In this document: positions 27,850 to 40,809 of the stretch, piece by piece
How positions within the stretch are numbered: the stretch's first letter is position 1
How the letters are laid out: each line of letters begins with the position of its first letter
Source of the DNA: Octopus vulgaris
Taxonomy: Eukaryota
DNA length: 64,000 nucleotides
Reading direction: 5' to 3'
NCBI GenBank assembly: GCA_951406725.2
Contig: OX597823.1
Span: 35,774,001-35,838,000 of the forward strand
Notes under the pieces: generated by a model
Database searches by the model: none
Seen by the model: only the letters and a program-made list of their open reading frames with translations
What the model was told of the DNA's origin: nothing
Made by a program: the position numbers and the translations under genes

Positions 27850-30070
27850 TTTACTTTGAATAACTGCCCCTTGAGTGACCGAGATGCGGGAGCGGAGAAT
27901 CAATTAGATATAGATATTCAAGGTCATACAGATCTGGAATCGGAAATAGGACTCTATAAAGGAATACAGAGGAGACTGGAAGCGGCTGTGAGTACAGGCA
28001 ATGCTGTAAAACATTTGGTACCCAAGTGGAATTGAAGATCCATCAGCGCAAGAAGTGTTTGAAGAAATCGAAGCAAATCATCTCAGGCATCAAACCACAG
28101 TGGATTGATAAATGCTTCAGCTGAAACTCCTTCAGAAATTCTTTAGATCATGATGCCTCTTCGCCAGATGACACAACAATAAAAAACAAAGGTTTTGTGC
28201 CCAACTGCAAATGAGAAGACCACTTACAAAACTTTCATAGGATAGGCATATACATGAAACCGAAAGTGAGATCAACTGTTCCCAAAGCGAGATCAACCGT
28301 TTCACAGGAAAAACGTGGATAACCTCGTGAAGAAGGGGCAATGAGAGTATCAGGAGGTGACGGAGCCCCATAAACAGCGTACAAGTAGTGAATTCAATTA
28401 CGATATCAGCTACCACTTTTGGCGTTAAAGCGAACTGGTCGATGACTGGTGTAAGTAGAAGTATACTTACCAAAGGAAGCTGATTGGCCAGTTCAGACTA
28501 ATTTCATCCCTGAATGTAGATGGCAAGATTAACATGGGTGTACTTGCTAAGACTGTAGCGACTTCAATATGCGGTCCTCGACATAAAAGTTTACAACGGA
28601 CTGGCATCGTTTAAAAACTGGAATTGCTGTAGGTTGCACTATATCGGTCATCTGGTTCGCGCTTGTTATGGAAATGCTACTTAGATCAGTAGACTGCTCA
28701 GAAGAAGTAGCTACAGTGAGATCACCTAAGAAGGCATTCACTGACGTCATAACAATACTCATAAGAGACCAAAAGGCTACGAAAACAGTTCTGGATAGAC
28801 TGTATTAATTACTCGCTCAATCAAGAATGCGATTTAATGTGAATAAGTCATGCAGTCTGACTTTTGCCAAAGGCTAGCAGAAGCAAATGTAGTTCAAAAT
28901 AGCAGAAGAAAACATGCCAACGTTTAAAGACACACCTGTAAAAAAACTTAGGGCGATGGTGCGCTAACTCGTTGTCTAATAAGAGTAGAAGCATTGAGAT
29001 CATTGCACAAACCGCGAACGGGAATTGGTTGCGATTCATTTGAACCATTTTCAATGATGACAAGCGGGACCACAGAGCAGTTGTTTGAGGCTATGTTAAA
29101 GCGGAAGATGCAGAGAAAAGGGAACTGCATTTGACTCAATACCCTCAGCAAGGTCAGAAGACCAAGTGGGAAAAAAGGGTTATTGAAAGGAATGTAGGTG
29201 GAGATGAGATCTGGAGGTGGAGTACATAATGGCTGAGTTTCCTTCTTCAAACTATCATGTACTGCCATCCCCACGCAATCTGCTGAGGTGGGAATTAGCA
29301 AATGACAACATATGTAGATGCAAAACAGCTGGCACGCTAAACCATATTCTATCTAACTGTTCAATGGTATTGGAAAAGAATACATAGAGGCCCAATGAAG
29401 CCCTCAAACTTGTCTACAACGCTGCCAAAAAGCAAATGGAAGCAATCATTGGTGACAAGAATCCTCAGAAAGATGAATGTAAACGGCTTATCGCATTTGT
29501 TTGTCAAGGTTAAGATGTTTACCCAAAACAGAAAAAAAATTGTGAATGACGAGAACTGGAGCAGAATATGGGAAGAACAGGTAGGAAGCTGAATATGAGG
29601 AACGTAAGCTAATAAAAAGACTTTGTTGAATTTATTGTCCCACACGAAGACAATTTAAATGCAGCCTAAGTTAGGTAAGACGAGCGCTATGAGATGCTAC
29701 TGGAAGACTGGTTCGAGTGAAGTACATTTTCTTGTAGAAGTTGGATGGAGGGATTTTATTGGGACCAAACTGAGACGGTATCCAATATCGGTATCCAATA
29801 TCGGTGTCCAATATCGGTATCCAACATCGGCAAGTAAACGCCATCGTGAAGGAGATCCAGATGACAATTGAGAAGGCCAGTCATTTGATATGGCTGAAAA
29901 ATAATGACGAAACCCGGATGGAGAGGTGATGATCCCTAAATGAACTTGAGGCCGAATACTAGTCAGTCGGAACAGATGGTGGAGCCTCACATGAGAGAGT
30001 GGGGGTGGTGTGCTGTAAAGCCATCGAGAGGAAGGCCTCCAAACGGTGCGCATTTTCTCCTGATGATCCC
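27850..30070 (+). mobile_element. Decayed HERO-like non-LTR retrotransposon (RT plus REL endonuclease)
   Basis: FTTDWHRLKTGIAVGCTISVIWFALVMEML, KAFTDVIT (AFMDD-like), GTLNHILSNC, VEVGWRDF, EKASHLIWLK; 3' end ctgatgatcc. Confidence 0.75.
29776..29830 (+). repeat. 13-bp minisatellite (cggtatccaatat) x4
   Basis: Direct reading. Confidence 0.92.
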
Positions 30071-32036
30071 TAAAACCTTCAAATATCTAGTCTGCAGAAT
30101 TCTCGACTGACTACACTAGCACACTCAAGCTATTTCCAAGTCTTTCTCTTCTCAAATTTTCGACAATAATATATTTTTTCAAAAGCTGTATGATCTTCAG
30201 AAAGTTGACTAGTTTTATCGGTGCCCGTAGGCTGATTGAAAAACTGCAAATGTTCAATGTAAGTAGTAGCAGTTTGTCAAATCTGTCACCCAGACAGACA
30301 TGTCACCATTCTACAGCTTCTAGATACTTTATATCACATTAACAAAGACAAAGAAAACGGAGGTAGTATTTTTTATTCCCCTTTCATTTCAGAGAAAAAA
30401 TAGATTGGTAAACGAAATTTTCCAACAACTGGATGGTTAATAAGAACGCTGTACATTCGTCTGTTAAGTGGAACGTTTGAAGTTCTGCTACTACAAACAT
30501 TGAAATTTACCAAATTTTTTCCAGTCACCTTAGGGCCACAACAAAGACTATTGATTTCCTGAACAATATTCAACATTCTTCAGAAACTTTTGAAATGAAT
30601 TTTTGTGGTCGGTATTAGAGAATACACGAAGAAAATAAATTTATTATATTTAACTGCAGCTTTTTAGTCTGTTTAGAATATGTCAAACTTAAGTTATCAT
30701 TTTTATAGCTTTATGATATCATGAAGCCTTTTGAAACTACACCAATGAAGACGAGCCTCTTGTTGAAAATAGCAAAAAATCTGACATCACTCCCTACCGT
30801 TTTATATAAAGTAAGAAAAAAATATTAGATAATGCAGTCCTACCTACCATCCCCTAGAAGATGTAGTAGTCACGAGTGAGTGTCTTTGATCATATTCTTG
30901 TTCGATCATGTTTGACCTCTAGTGAAACATTAGCAAAAACAACAACCCTCAATAATAGGAGCAACAAGTGTAATAACAGCGTGATCTGTTTAACTAACGA
31001 GTGAAACATTTATGTAAAGAAACATTTCAGACAGTTTATTTGAATGCACGCAAATATTGTAGAGAACTGCCTTCTTGCTTAAATTAGCATCTGCAGGTAT
31101 CAATAAAAAAAATTCTACCATTCGACACTCCACTACAATTCCATACTGTTGAACTACATTCTATACTACTAATGTCGTGTGTTAAACCTCCTAATATTTA
31201 CTATATTTAAGAAAGTAAAAATATTACACAAGCATGTAGCAATAGCACAAAGTTTCCTCTTTTATGGTTTAGGACATATTTTACAATAAATAATGGCAAC
31301 AACAGCAGCCACACCTACATTAACTCTTGTAAAAACATAGAACAAAACTTCCGTCAGTTTATGGTGATAAAATTCGTCTATTTTCACTGCACCTAGAACA
31401 AGTGTTTGCCATCAAAGAGACATATTTAATTCTAGCCCTGTTTATTCTACTTTCCTCCTCATCTACAAACATTGTAGACGTTAGCCAGAATGTTATGCTT
31501 AATTTACAGGTGTTTGATGCTTGCAAATTTCATCATGTTGTCTATTTTCGTAACTCAGTAAAGTTTCATTGACAATGCTTTTTTCACCCAAGATCTTTTG
31601 CTTGGCTGCAAAATATAAGTTTGATATCCTTAATTAATGTTGGCGGTTTTCTTCTTTTTAATACATTTGTTAGTTTGTTTTTTATTATCATCTCATATCC
31701 TTTTCTTAACTCTTTTATATCTCAGTTACTTATTGTTTTGTTATCAATTTTTTTATTGCAGTTCATTTTATCAATTATTTTATCATCATTCTTTTTCATT
31801 CAAGTATCCATGTATATAAGGTTTTTGTCATTAACGCTACTGTCTTAGAGGTAAATTTTCTTAAGGTAATTTCGAGCAAAGAAAAGTTTTGCGTCTCAAA
31901 AGTTAATTTTTGTTTACTGTAACTGTAGAACAAGGTTTTGCGCCGTTCCGTTCCCGGATTAACTCCGTTACAGATACTCTTGTATCTTTAATCTGGTGAT
32001 GAGATTGTGGAGATTTGATTCATTACATCGCGTCTA

Positions 32037-32142
32037 TTCTATATTTTAGAGATATACACTATTTACATTGGACGGATAGGTGTCGTCTCTTTGTTTGTTG
32101 ATACAACAACGTTTCGGCTTATGTATTCACCAGCTTTCATCA
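32037..32142 (-). mobile_element. 3' fragment of the hammerhead-SINE family seen at 54705-56726
   Basis: ttctatattttagagat...tatttacattggacggata...ttgtttgttg...caacgtttcggct...ccagctttcatca aligns to 54703-54815. Confidence 0.75.
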
Positions 32143-32446
32143 AAAACAAATCCACAGAAGTATATTATTGACATTGAATTTATCGATGACGCTTTTGACT
32201 ATCGAAGACTGGTATATTTTGACTCAATCTCAGAACTTTAAAATATAAATATAGGATTTGACCCTCTTCATCATCCTTTAATATCTTGGAAACAGGAAAA
32301 ACATTATTAAACAATTAAACAAAACAGACCTGAAGGTCGGTTGTATTCAGTAGATAATATGGAATATCAATGAAATGGTAAGGCATTAAGTTCTGAAATA
32401 CTAAAGTGGAATTTGTAATTAATTTATTTGGTTTCACTGATATATA

Positions 32447-32867
32447 CAGGTCATCGTCGACATACGACCACAATTGGTTCCGACTGACTGGTTGTAAGTC
32501 GGCCTATAGGCCCATATAGCTTTGTTTTATACTTTTACATTCTTAAGGTACATTCTCAGTTAAAAGTCACACACAGCATTTTGTATTATAGCATTATACT
32601 GGCGTTAGTCAAAAATTTCAGTTTCAAGCAGTCGTCTTATAAATAAATACGTGGTTGCCTCGATGTATCCGAGACAGGATAGCCATCCAACACAGTAGCG
32701 ATCGATAATCAAACCTTCGAGAAGCGTTTTTTAGCTGACATGATGCGTAGACGGGTTAATATCTAAAGAATTAAGCCCATTAGATTTCAACTGGACTATT
32801 TACTATTGCTGCCGGGAGCTGGCGCGCTAATCGTCGTAAAGTCTATCGGTCGTAAGTCGACAACCTG
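32447..32867. mobile_element. Tigger/pogo-like MITE
   Basis: TA|CAGGTcatcGTCGACATACGACC ... GGTCGTAAGTCGACaACCTG|TA gives imperfect TIRs with a TA TSD. Confidence 0.75.
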
Positions 32868-35019
32868 TAATCATTATAGGTTATATTACTAAATTTCTGG
32901 CATAGTAAGTATATATTACAAACACAAACGCGTGCGCACGCGCACGCACACAAACATATATATCTTTGTATGCATGTATATTTACGTACCTATCAGCAGC
33001 TACATTTACTTATAGCAATGTAAGTGAAATTAAACATGCATTAATACAATACAAATACGTGTTTAACATATACATACGTGTGTAGGATGAGTTGAAGAGA
33101 AAAATTACTTAGAAAGCCTCACTGAGACATATGTAAGAGTGTAATAGACTGTAGGGCATTGTAATTTAAGCAAGATATGTGTTCAAGATTACTGTTATTG
33201 TAATTTTAGACTTTTAACTTTTGAGAGGATTCTATATTTACATGGTGAGTTCAGTTCAGTGTAGCGGTTAAGTAGGTTTGTTTAAGAAAAATTAATTTCG
33301 AAGAATTCATAGGTACATAGTTATGCTGATTGTATTATATAATATTGATATTTTATAAAAACTATCCATGTTTTGCGTATGTATGTGGTTGGGTGGGTGT
33401 GGTCGGGTGTAAACCAGTAATTTAGATGAGTCGTGAAGTGTAGGAAACTTCCTTACGCTGTTATAGCTCTTTACATAGTGAGTTCAAACACAATAAGATC
33501 ATGTTTACATTTCATCTTTCTAGAATCAATAAAGTATCAGTAAATTGGGACAATTTTTCTATACCTCATAATCGATTACACTATACTGAGGCGGGATCAT
33601 TGTGAACCAGTCACAGTAAAATATACACAATAACAAAAGAGCTGCTAATAGGATCATGCTTTACTATACATTAAATTGGCAGATTTATAAAACACTCCAT
33701 GTATCTCCAAGCAATCTCTCAAGCTCAGTTCATATGTTAGACGTATTTAGAAACTAGGACGCTAGACTGCGAAAAAAAACGGGAGTAACGAGAAGAAAAA
33801 CACGCGAAGAAGGTTGATGCAAAAAGTGGAACGAGAAGAAAGAAAAGAAAAGTAAGAAAATGAATTTCGTCCTCTTTGACTTTAGAAAGTCTGTGAAATA
33901 GCTACTCAATCCGGAGTGGGTTGAGGACGCCATATATGAATAATCACAAGCACTCACAATCAGCACTCACTTTCATATATTCGTATGTGAGCGTTAGCAA
34001 GTATCCCCTCTATACATTAATACATACCGTTGCTCACAATCAGATACGCGCGCGAACCCAGTATTTCACACGCGTATACAGACACACACACACACACACA
34101 CACACACAATATAGTACAAAACGCCAATTTCGGAGTAATAGTTTACTCGTAGAAGATTGATAATTAGCTGAATAACCAAACGGAATTATAATCATATCAG
34201 CTATCACAAAACCGAGAACTTACTACACACGCATTTATACTGGTTCAGAGTTGAGCTACTGCACAGACGCTTATACAAGTAAATACATTTTCACTATAAT
34301 TGCGATAACATAGATTGTAAATGAAAGCAATGATCTCACAGTGTCTCATATACGGAATGAGTTAATAGTTCTTTGTCTTAGATATACTGTGTTTCTGCCT
34401 GCTTGAATTCAACATTTTTCGCTCCAGCATGGCACAGTAGTTTGCCGCACTGAAATCTATTAGACACCCAGGGTATACCACATTTCCTTATCTATGTAAT
34501 GACTCAATCACTCTTTAAGCGATACGACACATTTCATTCCACAAAATAACATTTTATCGTGAGTGGCTGTTTTTATCTTTGTAAGTGTATTTATATGCTG
34601 TTGCTGTGGTCTCAATATTAATCTGTACGTGATATATCAAAGTATCTGTAAAGGTTTATGTTTGTTTACCATACCAATTTATATATGTTATATATCAACA
34701 CTAAAAGCTTTCGTAATTGAGTCTTTTAATAGTAACATTACGTTTAACTGAATTACAACAGATACTGTTTCTTCTAAGCCGACAGTCAAAACCATGGTAC
34801 ATTACATAAATGTCTCTGTAAAATAGATAGATAGCAAGGTTGCTTAGACAAAACGAAAATAAAAGCATTTGTTTGGGAAATTTGTCAAATTCTAATAGCT
34901 ACCAGTAACACAAAAGAAATAATGGATATTTGTTGTTCTGGATACTTTGTGTGTGTATGTATGCATGTATGTATGTATGTATGTATGTATGTCTGTATGT
35001 ATGTATGTATATCGTTTTT

Positions 35020-35286
35020 GTATTTTGTTTCCAAGATTCTTTATATGAATTAGTGTGTTGAAGCATATTTTATTGTATCCGGGGAGTCATTCTCTTTTAG
35101 AACCTTATTAATTTAGCACACTCACCGATTTCCATTCATTTACTTATTTACTTTTACTAATATTTTCGTTGCGACTTACAACCTTTTCAATAGTCTGACT
35201 CTGTCCATTAACGGAATTGCGTTCTTCTGTTTTTTTCTTTTGTACGTATGCACGTGTGCGTCAGTGTGCGTGCACATAGACATATG

Positions 35287-35318
<32 letters not shown>

Positions 35319-35336
35319 TGTATGTATGTATGTATG

Positions 35337-35369
<33 letters not shown>

Positions 35370-36265
35370 GTGTATGTATGCATGCGTGTATGCATGTGTG
35401 TATACATGTATGTGTTTATGCATATACATATGTATGAATGTGTCCACATTTCTATATATGTGTATGTGTGTATGTATGCGTATATATATATATGTATGTA
35501 TGTCTGACGTTTGTATTTATGTATTCTGCATATCCATGAGCTTGTGTGTTCATGTTTGTGTGCTTGTCTGTTTGAGTTTGTTTTCCTGTTTGTGTGTGTG
35601 TGTGTGTGTATGTTTGTGAGTACCTCTGTCTCCTTGTATGGGGATATTTGGAGTTTGTGTGCTATGTGTATTCAGATTTCATCTTCAAGAAAGGGGTTAT
35701 CCTGGTAGGATTACCGTAGCAGACGGTGCCTCTTCTTTGAAGTATTTGAGTGTAAAATATTGCTTGTGTATGCGGGGAGAGAAGGTTTTATCCTTAATGT
35801 TTAGGATGTTATCTGTTGATTGTATAATGTCTAGTTTTTCTGTAATACAGAGTTCACAATTAGTACCCCGCCTCTGTACTTTTTGGCTTAAGCAATAATT
35901 TTCCATTCTACACGAGGGTTCCTAATTTATCTTCCGTCAATGTCCATATCATATTTCACAGAGATGCAGCATTTTTTTTCTCTGAAAGACACCAGGTTTT
36001 GCGTATACCTTTTCTTGAATGAGTTGCCCGTCATGTCGATATACGTCTTTGCTACTCCGTTGGGGTCCATGATCTTCGTCTTGTATACGAGTTCTTTTTC
36101 GAGACACTTGTTATTTAGAGGGCAGCGGTTTGGAGATCTAGAGTTGCATTGTCTTTCGGTGGTGTTTCTGATATGTTTGTATTTATTGTAATTGAGTATT
36201 ATTGACTCTATATTGAAGAGGCAACTATAGCTACAAGTAGATATTTTACATCCATAGATCAAGAA
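35020..36265 (-). mobile_element. Decayed PLE (GIY-YIG fragment at 35697-36262 plus microsatellite-rich tail)
   Basis: YSCLFNI...CPLNNKCLEKELVYK...TYIDMTGNSFKKRY...CELCITEK...ILN. Confidence 0.8.
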
Positions 36266-36289
36266 TATTTTCTCAAAAAGTATTAGTTA

Positions 36290-38343
36290 CTAAGCAAAGA
36301 AGAGAAGGAACGTCTTTTTAGCACGGCTCATTAAACATAAATACGTAAAACATGGTTTATTTCAAAAGTAAAAGAAATTGTGCTCCCAAGGACTATCTAG
36401 AAAAGATGACACTGCTACACAGGTATACAGAGAGTTTCTTTCTGTGTACATTCAGTATTAGTATTCAACAATAGAGACACTCAGAAGAAAATTAAATAAT
36501 TTTTGACAATCCAGTAACACCAGCTCCTAAACCAACTAGAGCAGTAAGCATTGATGCAATTCAAATAGTCAAAGAACATATCAATCAATTTCCTGTAGTA
36601 GTGTCTCATTATTGCCGATCTACATCATCTCGAAAATATTTTTGACTCATTTCATAGTGATCCAAAAATGAATTAGCTCTATATATCAAACATGGCTTCT
36701 AGGTGCTTACAACCTGCTAAAGAGTGGAAATAACAGATTTTCACGACATGATTTAATTTGGAATTCTACACTCCAGGGAAGAATATTTGCGGTAAATGCT
36801 CGGCATTCAAAGTTCTTGGGACATTTGGGAGAATGTCCAATGAGGATCAACAACTAAAATAAAATCATTATACTGAAAGGATAACTTTTAGGTTGCAGAG
36901 ACATATTGATATGAATAACAATGATTCATCAGTTCTACTTATCAGCTTTGCTTTAGAGAATGTATTTTCGCTCCTTCGTACCAATGTTGGCTTTGCTTAT
37001 CATAAGAGATGACTCAACACTTATAATCTCACAGCTAATGTTGAGCAAACTAGAAAAGGATATAATGCAATTTGGATAGAGTCTACTGCAGGTAGAAGTG
37101 CAAATGATTTAGTCAGCGGTGTTATCCATATTCTTAAGCAAATCTTAATAGCCAATTCAATGGCAAGCTCACTAATTCTTTGGCCTGATTCTTTTGTAGC
37201 ACATAATCGCAACAAAATTTTATCTTATGCATTTCAACACTTATTAGAGAGCAGTACCCAGCTCACAAACATAACATACAGATAGTGTGGACCTGGGTAT
37301 TCAAATATACAGGACATTGACAATTTATACTCTTGCATTGAAAACATCTGAAGAGCCTGGAATACATTCACCTGCATCTCTTGTGCGTCTGTTAAACAAC
37401 TCTCACCAGCTAATGTGTCGATTTATATATTTAATGTCTGAGCGTGGTTTTTATGATTACAAAACTTGCAGTGATAGTGGAAATTACCCTGGAGTGGGAT
37501 ATTTTAGTGTTAAGGTCACATATGAAGCGTCTAATCTTTATAGCCTAGCAATTAGGAAATCGCTAATCCTAGAAGCTGCAAAATCAGTTATCAATGTATT
37601 AAAGAAAATGTCATAGAGAAATGAGAAGATCAAACCACTAACACCTCAAAAAATCTTGCAATGCTGCGCCACAATCACGAAGGAGAAAGCATAATATTTG
37701 AACTCATTGCTCAAGCATATGGATGGTGAGGATTACACCTTATTGATCTCTATTGTTACAAAAACACTGGCCGAATCAGGAAGATAGGAAAATAAAACAT
37801 CACCAAATAATCCACTTTACACTTTCTTGCTTTAACATGTAGTCAAATATTGTAAATATTCACTTGATTTAAGCTTAGCTGTAGCATATAATGTTATCGA
37901 AATGTTTCAATATTATTAATTGTAGTGTCAGTAGTGTGAAAATTAGTTAAATGTCAGATGCCAGTTCGGAAAATTGTGGTAATTATATCAATAGTTAGTC
38001 CAAAGTAGTTTGTTGTTCAATATTGAGATTTTGTTAATGAACCATCCAGTTAGCCCTATTTGACTCTGGTTTCACAATCAGTTCACTGATAAATCAGAAT
38101 AACTGGCTTTAGTTATTTTACAAATTGCGCAATGTTTACATAACATGCATATTTTTGGTATACTAATTATACATATTTTTGTATACTAATTATACATATG
38201 AAACCTATAAGCACATTCCGGGTTATTGAGAGAATTCCAGTAAGCAATGGAAGGAAGAATATTAGAACTCATTTTTAATACTTAATTTTCTCAAAATGTC
38301 GGAATCTCCAGTTCACCTATTTTGATACTAAGGTAACGATATG
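36290..38343 (+). mobile_element. Decayed DNA transposon, Sola1-like transposase
   Basis: VKEHINQFPVVVSHYCR, FNLEFYTPGKNICGKC, FALENVF...LNTYNLT, WIESTAGRSAND, ILWPDSFVAHNRN, GYSNIQDIDNLYSCIE. Confidence 0.62.
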
Positions 38344-38839
38344 CACTCATAGAAAGACAAGTATGTTAAACATATGCAAACAAGAAAAAGGCAACGAGAG
38401 AAAAGTAACTTGTAGAGTTAAACGAGTGCAATTTAGGATGTTAAAAAATTATAAATATATTATACGAAATTGCTCAGTGAGATCGGTGTCCCTTGGAAGG
38501 TTTGCAGGTTTAAAATACTAATTTTATTTTAAAATATGATTTTATAAAGACCTAAACTTCTAGCTATAGCGTACAAAACAAAGTGAATATGAAGCACAAA
38601 AATAAAATAATATAAAATGGGGGAAAAAATAGAACTTGCAAGACCTTCAAAAATCCACAATGATATCAAAATAATGATATTAAAAAATTCTGGACATCAG
38701 CTTAAAATTTACGTATATAAGGCATTTGGGAAAAACTACGGACGAAATGTTGTATCGCGCAGTAGAAAAGGAATCGTTTAAAACAATGAAAGAGGGCGAT
38801 AGTTTGTAGTAAAAACCAATGTTTTTACAAAAAAGGTGG

Positions 38840-39780
38840 GGGCAGCGCATGATAAAAATAGGGTATATGGTAAAGTCCAAATTGGCTATTCATATAGAAT
38901 CCTCTGGCAGCGTATAAGATACATACAAGCACGTCTGCAAAAACCTTGGAGTTCCGTCTTGCGGTTTAATGCATACTTATCCCTGTATGATCCGTTCTTG
39001 TATGAGGTAGCATTCTCCAGTTTGGACCAATAACATTTAAATGGGGAAGATCCTACTTCTTTTAACTGCCATATGTGTTTGGCTAATCTCATTGCTGACC
39101 TCTTTTCTGGGTGCTTGAAAAACTTCCTGTGCAATTTTCTGTGGACCTGTGTATTGTTTGTATGTATTGCTGTTACCCAGCTGAACCTTCATCCTATATA
39201 CAATGTCTTTAATTACGCGATGTCCATCTAAAGAACAGTTATTCGGGTCTTTACATTTACGTTTTGGATCAGAATGGTTGTATTATATTGGTTTATAAAA
39301 GAGACGAAGTTTTGCAATAAGAATAGCTAACTTTTAATGTTCTTCTATTGAAATTCTACGATGTTTATGACTGGCTGGAAAATGTCTAGAATCTAGATTT
39401 AAAAATGCTCTGCCTACATTGTTTCTAACAGTAGTGTTAAAAGTTGGATTGTATCACAAAACCTTTCTTGTTCTGGTTCTACGGGTCCTACTATGATTAC
39501 TTCCCTCATCAATATAGTGGATCTTCTCTGAGAACTCATTATTTCGTAGAGTATAATGCAGAGAAGCATCGCGAAAGGCTGCCTCATCTGATGACAATGA
39601 TGAAATGTGTTTTCCTATATTGCTTACCGTATTTCTAAGAATAATGGGTAAATGATTAGACCCTTTATCAACGTAGAATAGCCTTTCATTAAGCTTACGA
39701 AAGGGTTTAATTCTATCTGATCCTGAATCTACTAAATCTAGATTAATGTCTAAAAAGTTAACACAATTTATTGTACTTCG
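38840..39780 (-). mobile_element. Decayed PLE (RT thumb plus GIY-YIG)
   Basis: VNFLDINLDL...KPFRK...YVDKGSNH...ISSLSSDE...NPTF..TVRNNVGRAFLNL...HFP...LAKHIWQLKE...LNRKTELQGFCR. Confidence 0.8.
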
Positions 39781-39788
39781 TGTTTAAA

Positions 39789-39867
39789 GCTCCGATGAAG
39801 GTATAGGGTTATACTCAAGCACTCAATTATTAATACATTTCACCTTATAGCAGAAACAGCTATAAGG
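39789..39867 (+). ncRNA. Degenerate hammerhead, inverted at the 5' truncation of the PLE
   Basis: cCGATGA-a-ggtatagggt...accttatagc-a-GAAAC-agct-ATA-agg, with two substitutions relative to consensus. Confidence 0.5.
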
Positions 39868-40339
39868 TAATGAAGTTCATAACATAATCATTTATTCCTT
39901 TGTCATCCCAATTTCTTATTACTGCTCTGTACTTGACTGAGGTTTTTTACTGAAACATACGTTAACATCTTCTAAGCCATAAATAAATGCTTCATTTGTT
40001 AGGGATTATTTCATATGATTTTACTGTAGAAGAAGGTAAGATTTTAAAGAAGAAAAATCCCATTATAAACACAGATAACGACATAACGTTGTGAAGGGTG
40101 ATGACTTTGAATAAGACATAATGTCGAAACAACGTCCTTTAAAAAATAATATTGTACAGAAAGAGACTGTCAGTTTATAGTACAGATAAGAATACTTTTT
40201 GTGAAATAAAGTTGAAAATTATCGTTGAGAATTGTAACATAAAAAATAAAAGTAGGAAAAGTTAGAGTTGTAGAAAAAATAAAAGAAAGTAACATCAAAA
40301 AGAATGACATAGCGAACAATATACCATAGAGAAGAATAA

Positions 40340-40502
40340 TATCCTTTTCTACTCTAGGCACAAGGCCCGAAATTGGGGGGAGGGGCCAGTCGATCAGATC
40401 GACCCCAGTACACAACTGGTACTTAATTTATCGACCCCGAAAGGATGAAAGGCAAATTCGACCTCGGCGGAATTTGAACTCAGAACGTAAAGATAGACGA
40501 AG
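40340..40502 (-). mobile_element. SINE fragment with B-box and Meta-domain-like core
   Basis: Minus strand gagttcaaattccgccgaggtcgaatttgcctttcatcctttcggggtcgataaattaagtaccag. Confidence 0.7.
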
Positions 40503-40774
40503 AGAATAGTATCGTACAGGAAAGATACGTAGAAGTCGAAGTATCTTAGGACTAATACAATTTCGATGGTTCAAGCAACAAATTTCATTCCCCCACCCCT
40601 TAAAAATTTCAGTTACGTCTTTGAATAAAAAATAATGATGGATTAAGAAATAAATGGTTTTTCAAATATCGTAAAAGAAAATATATATAAATAACTTTAC
40701 AAGATATAAAAATGTCTAAGGATACGCAAAACATTTTCTAATACATATGATTTTATGATTGCTCTGTGCATGTG

Positions 40775-40809
<35 letters not shown>

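Noticed and set aside
29776-29830. CRISPR-like repeat
   Set aside because: Tandem 13-mers with no spacers, inside a eukaryotic retroelement.
33750-34100. CpG-richer stretch as a promoter or first exon
   Set aside because: No supporting ORF, splice pair or recognisable motif.
39588-39607. CTGATGA-caatgat-GAAAT as a hammerhead
   Set aside because: No stems; it is the antisense of the PLE coding segment ISSLSSD.
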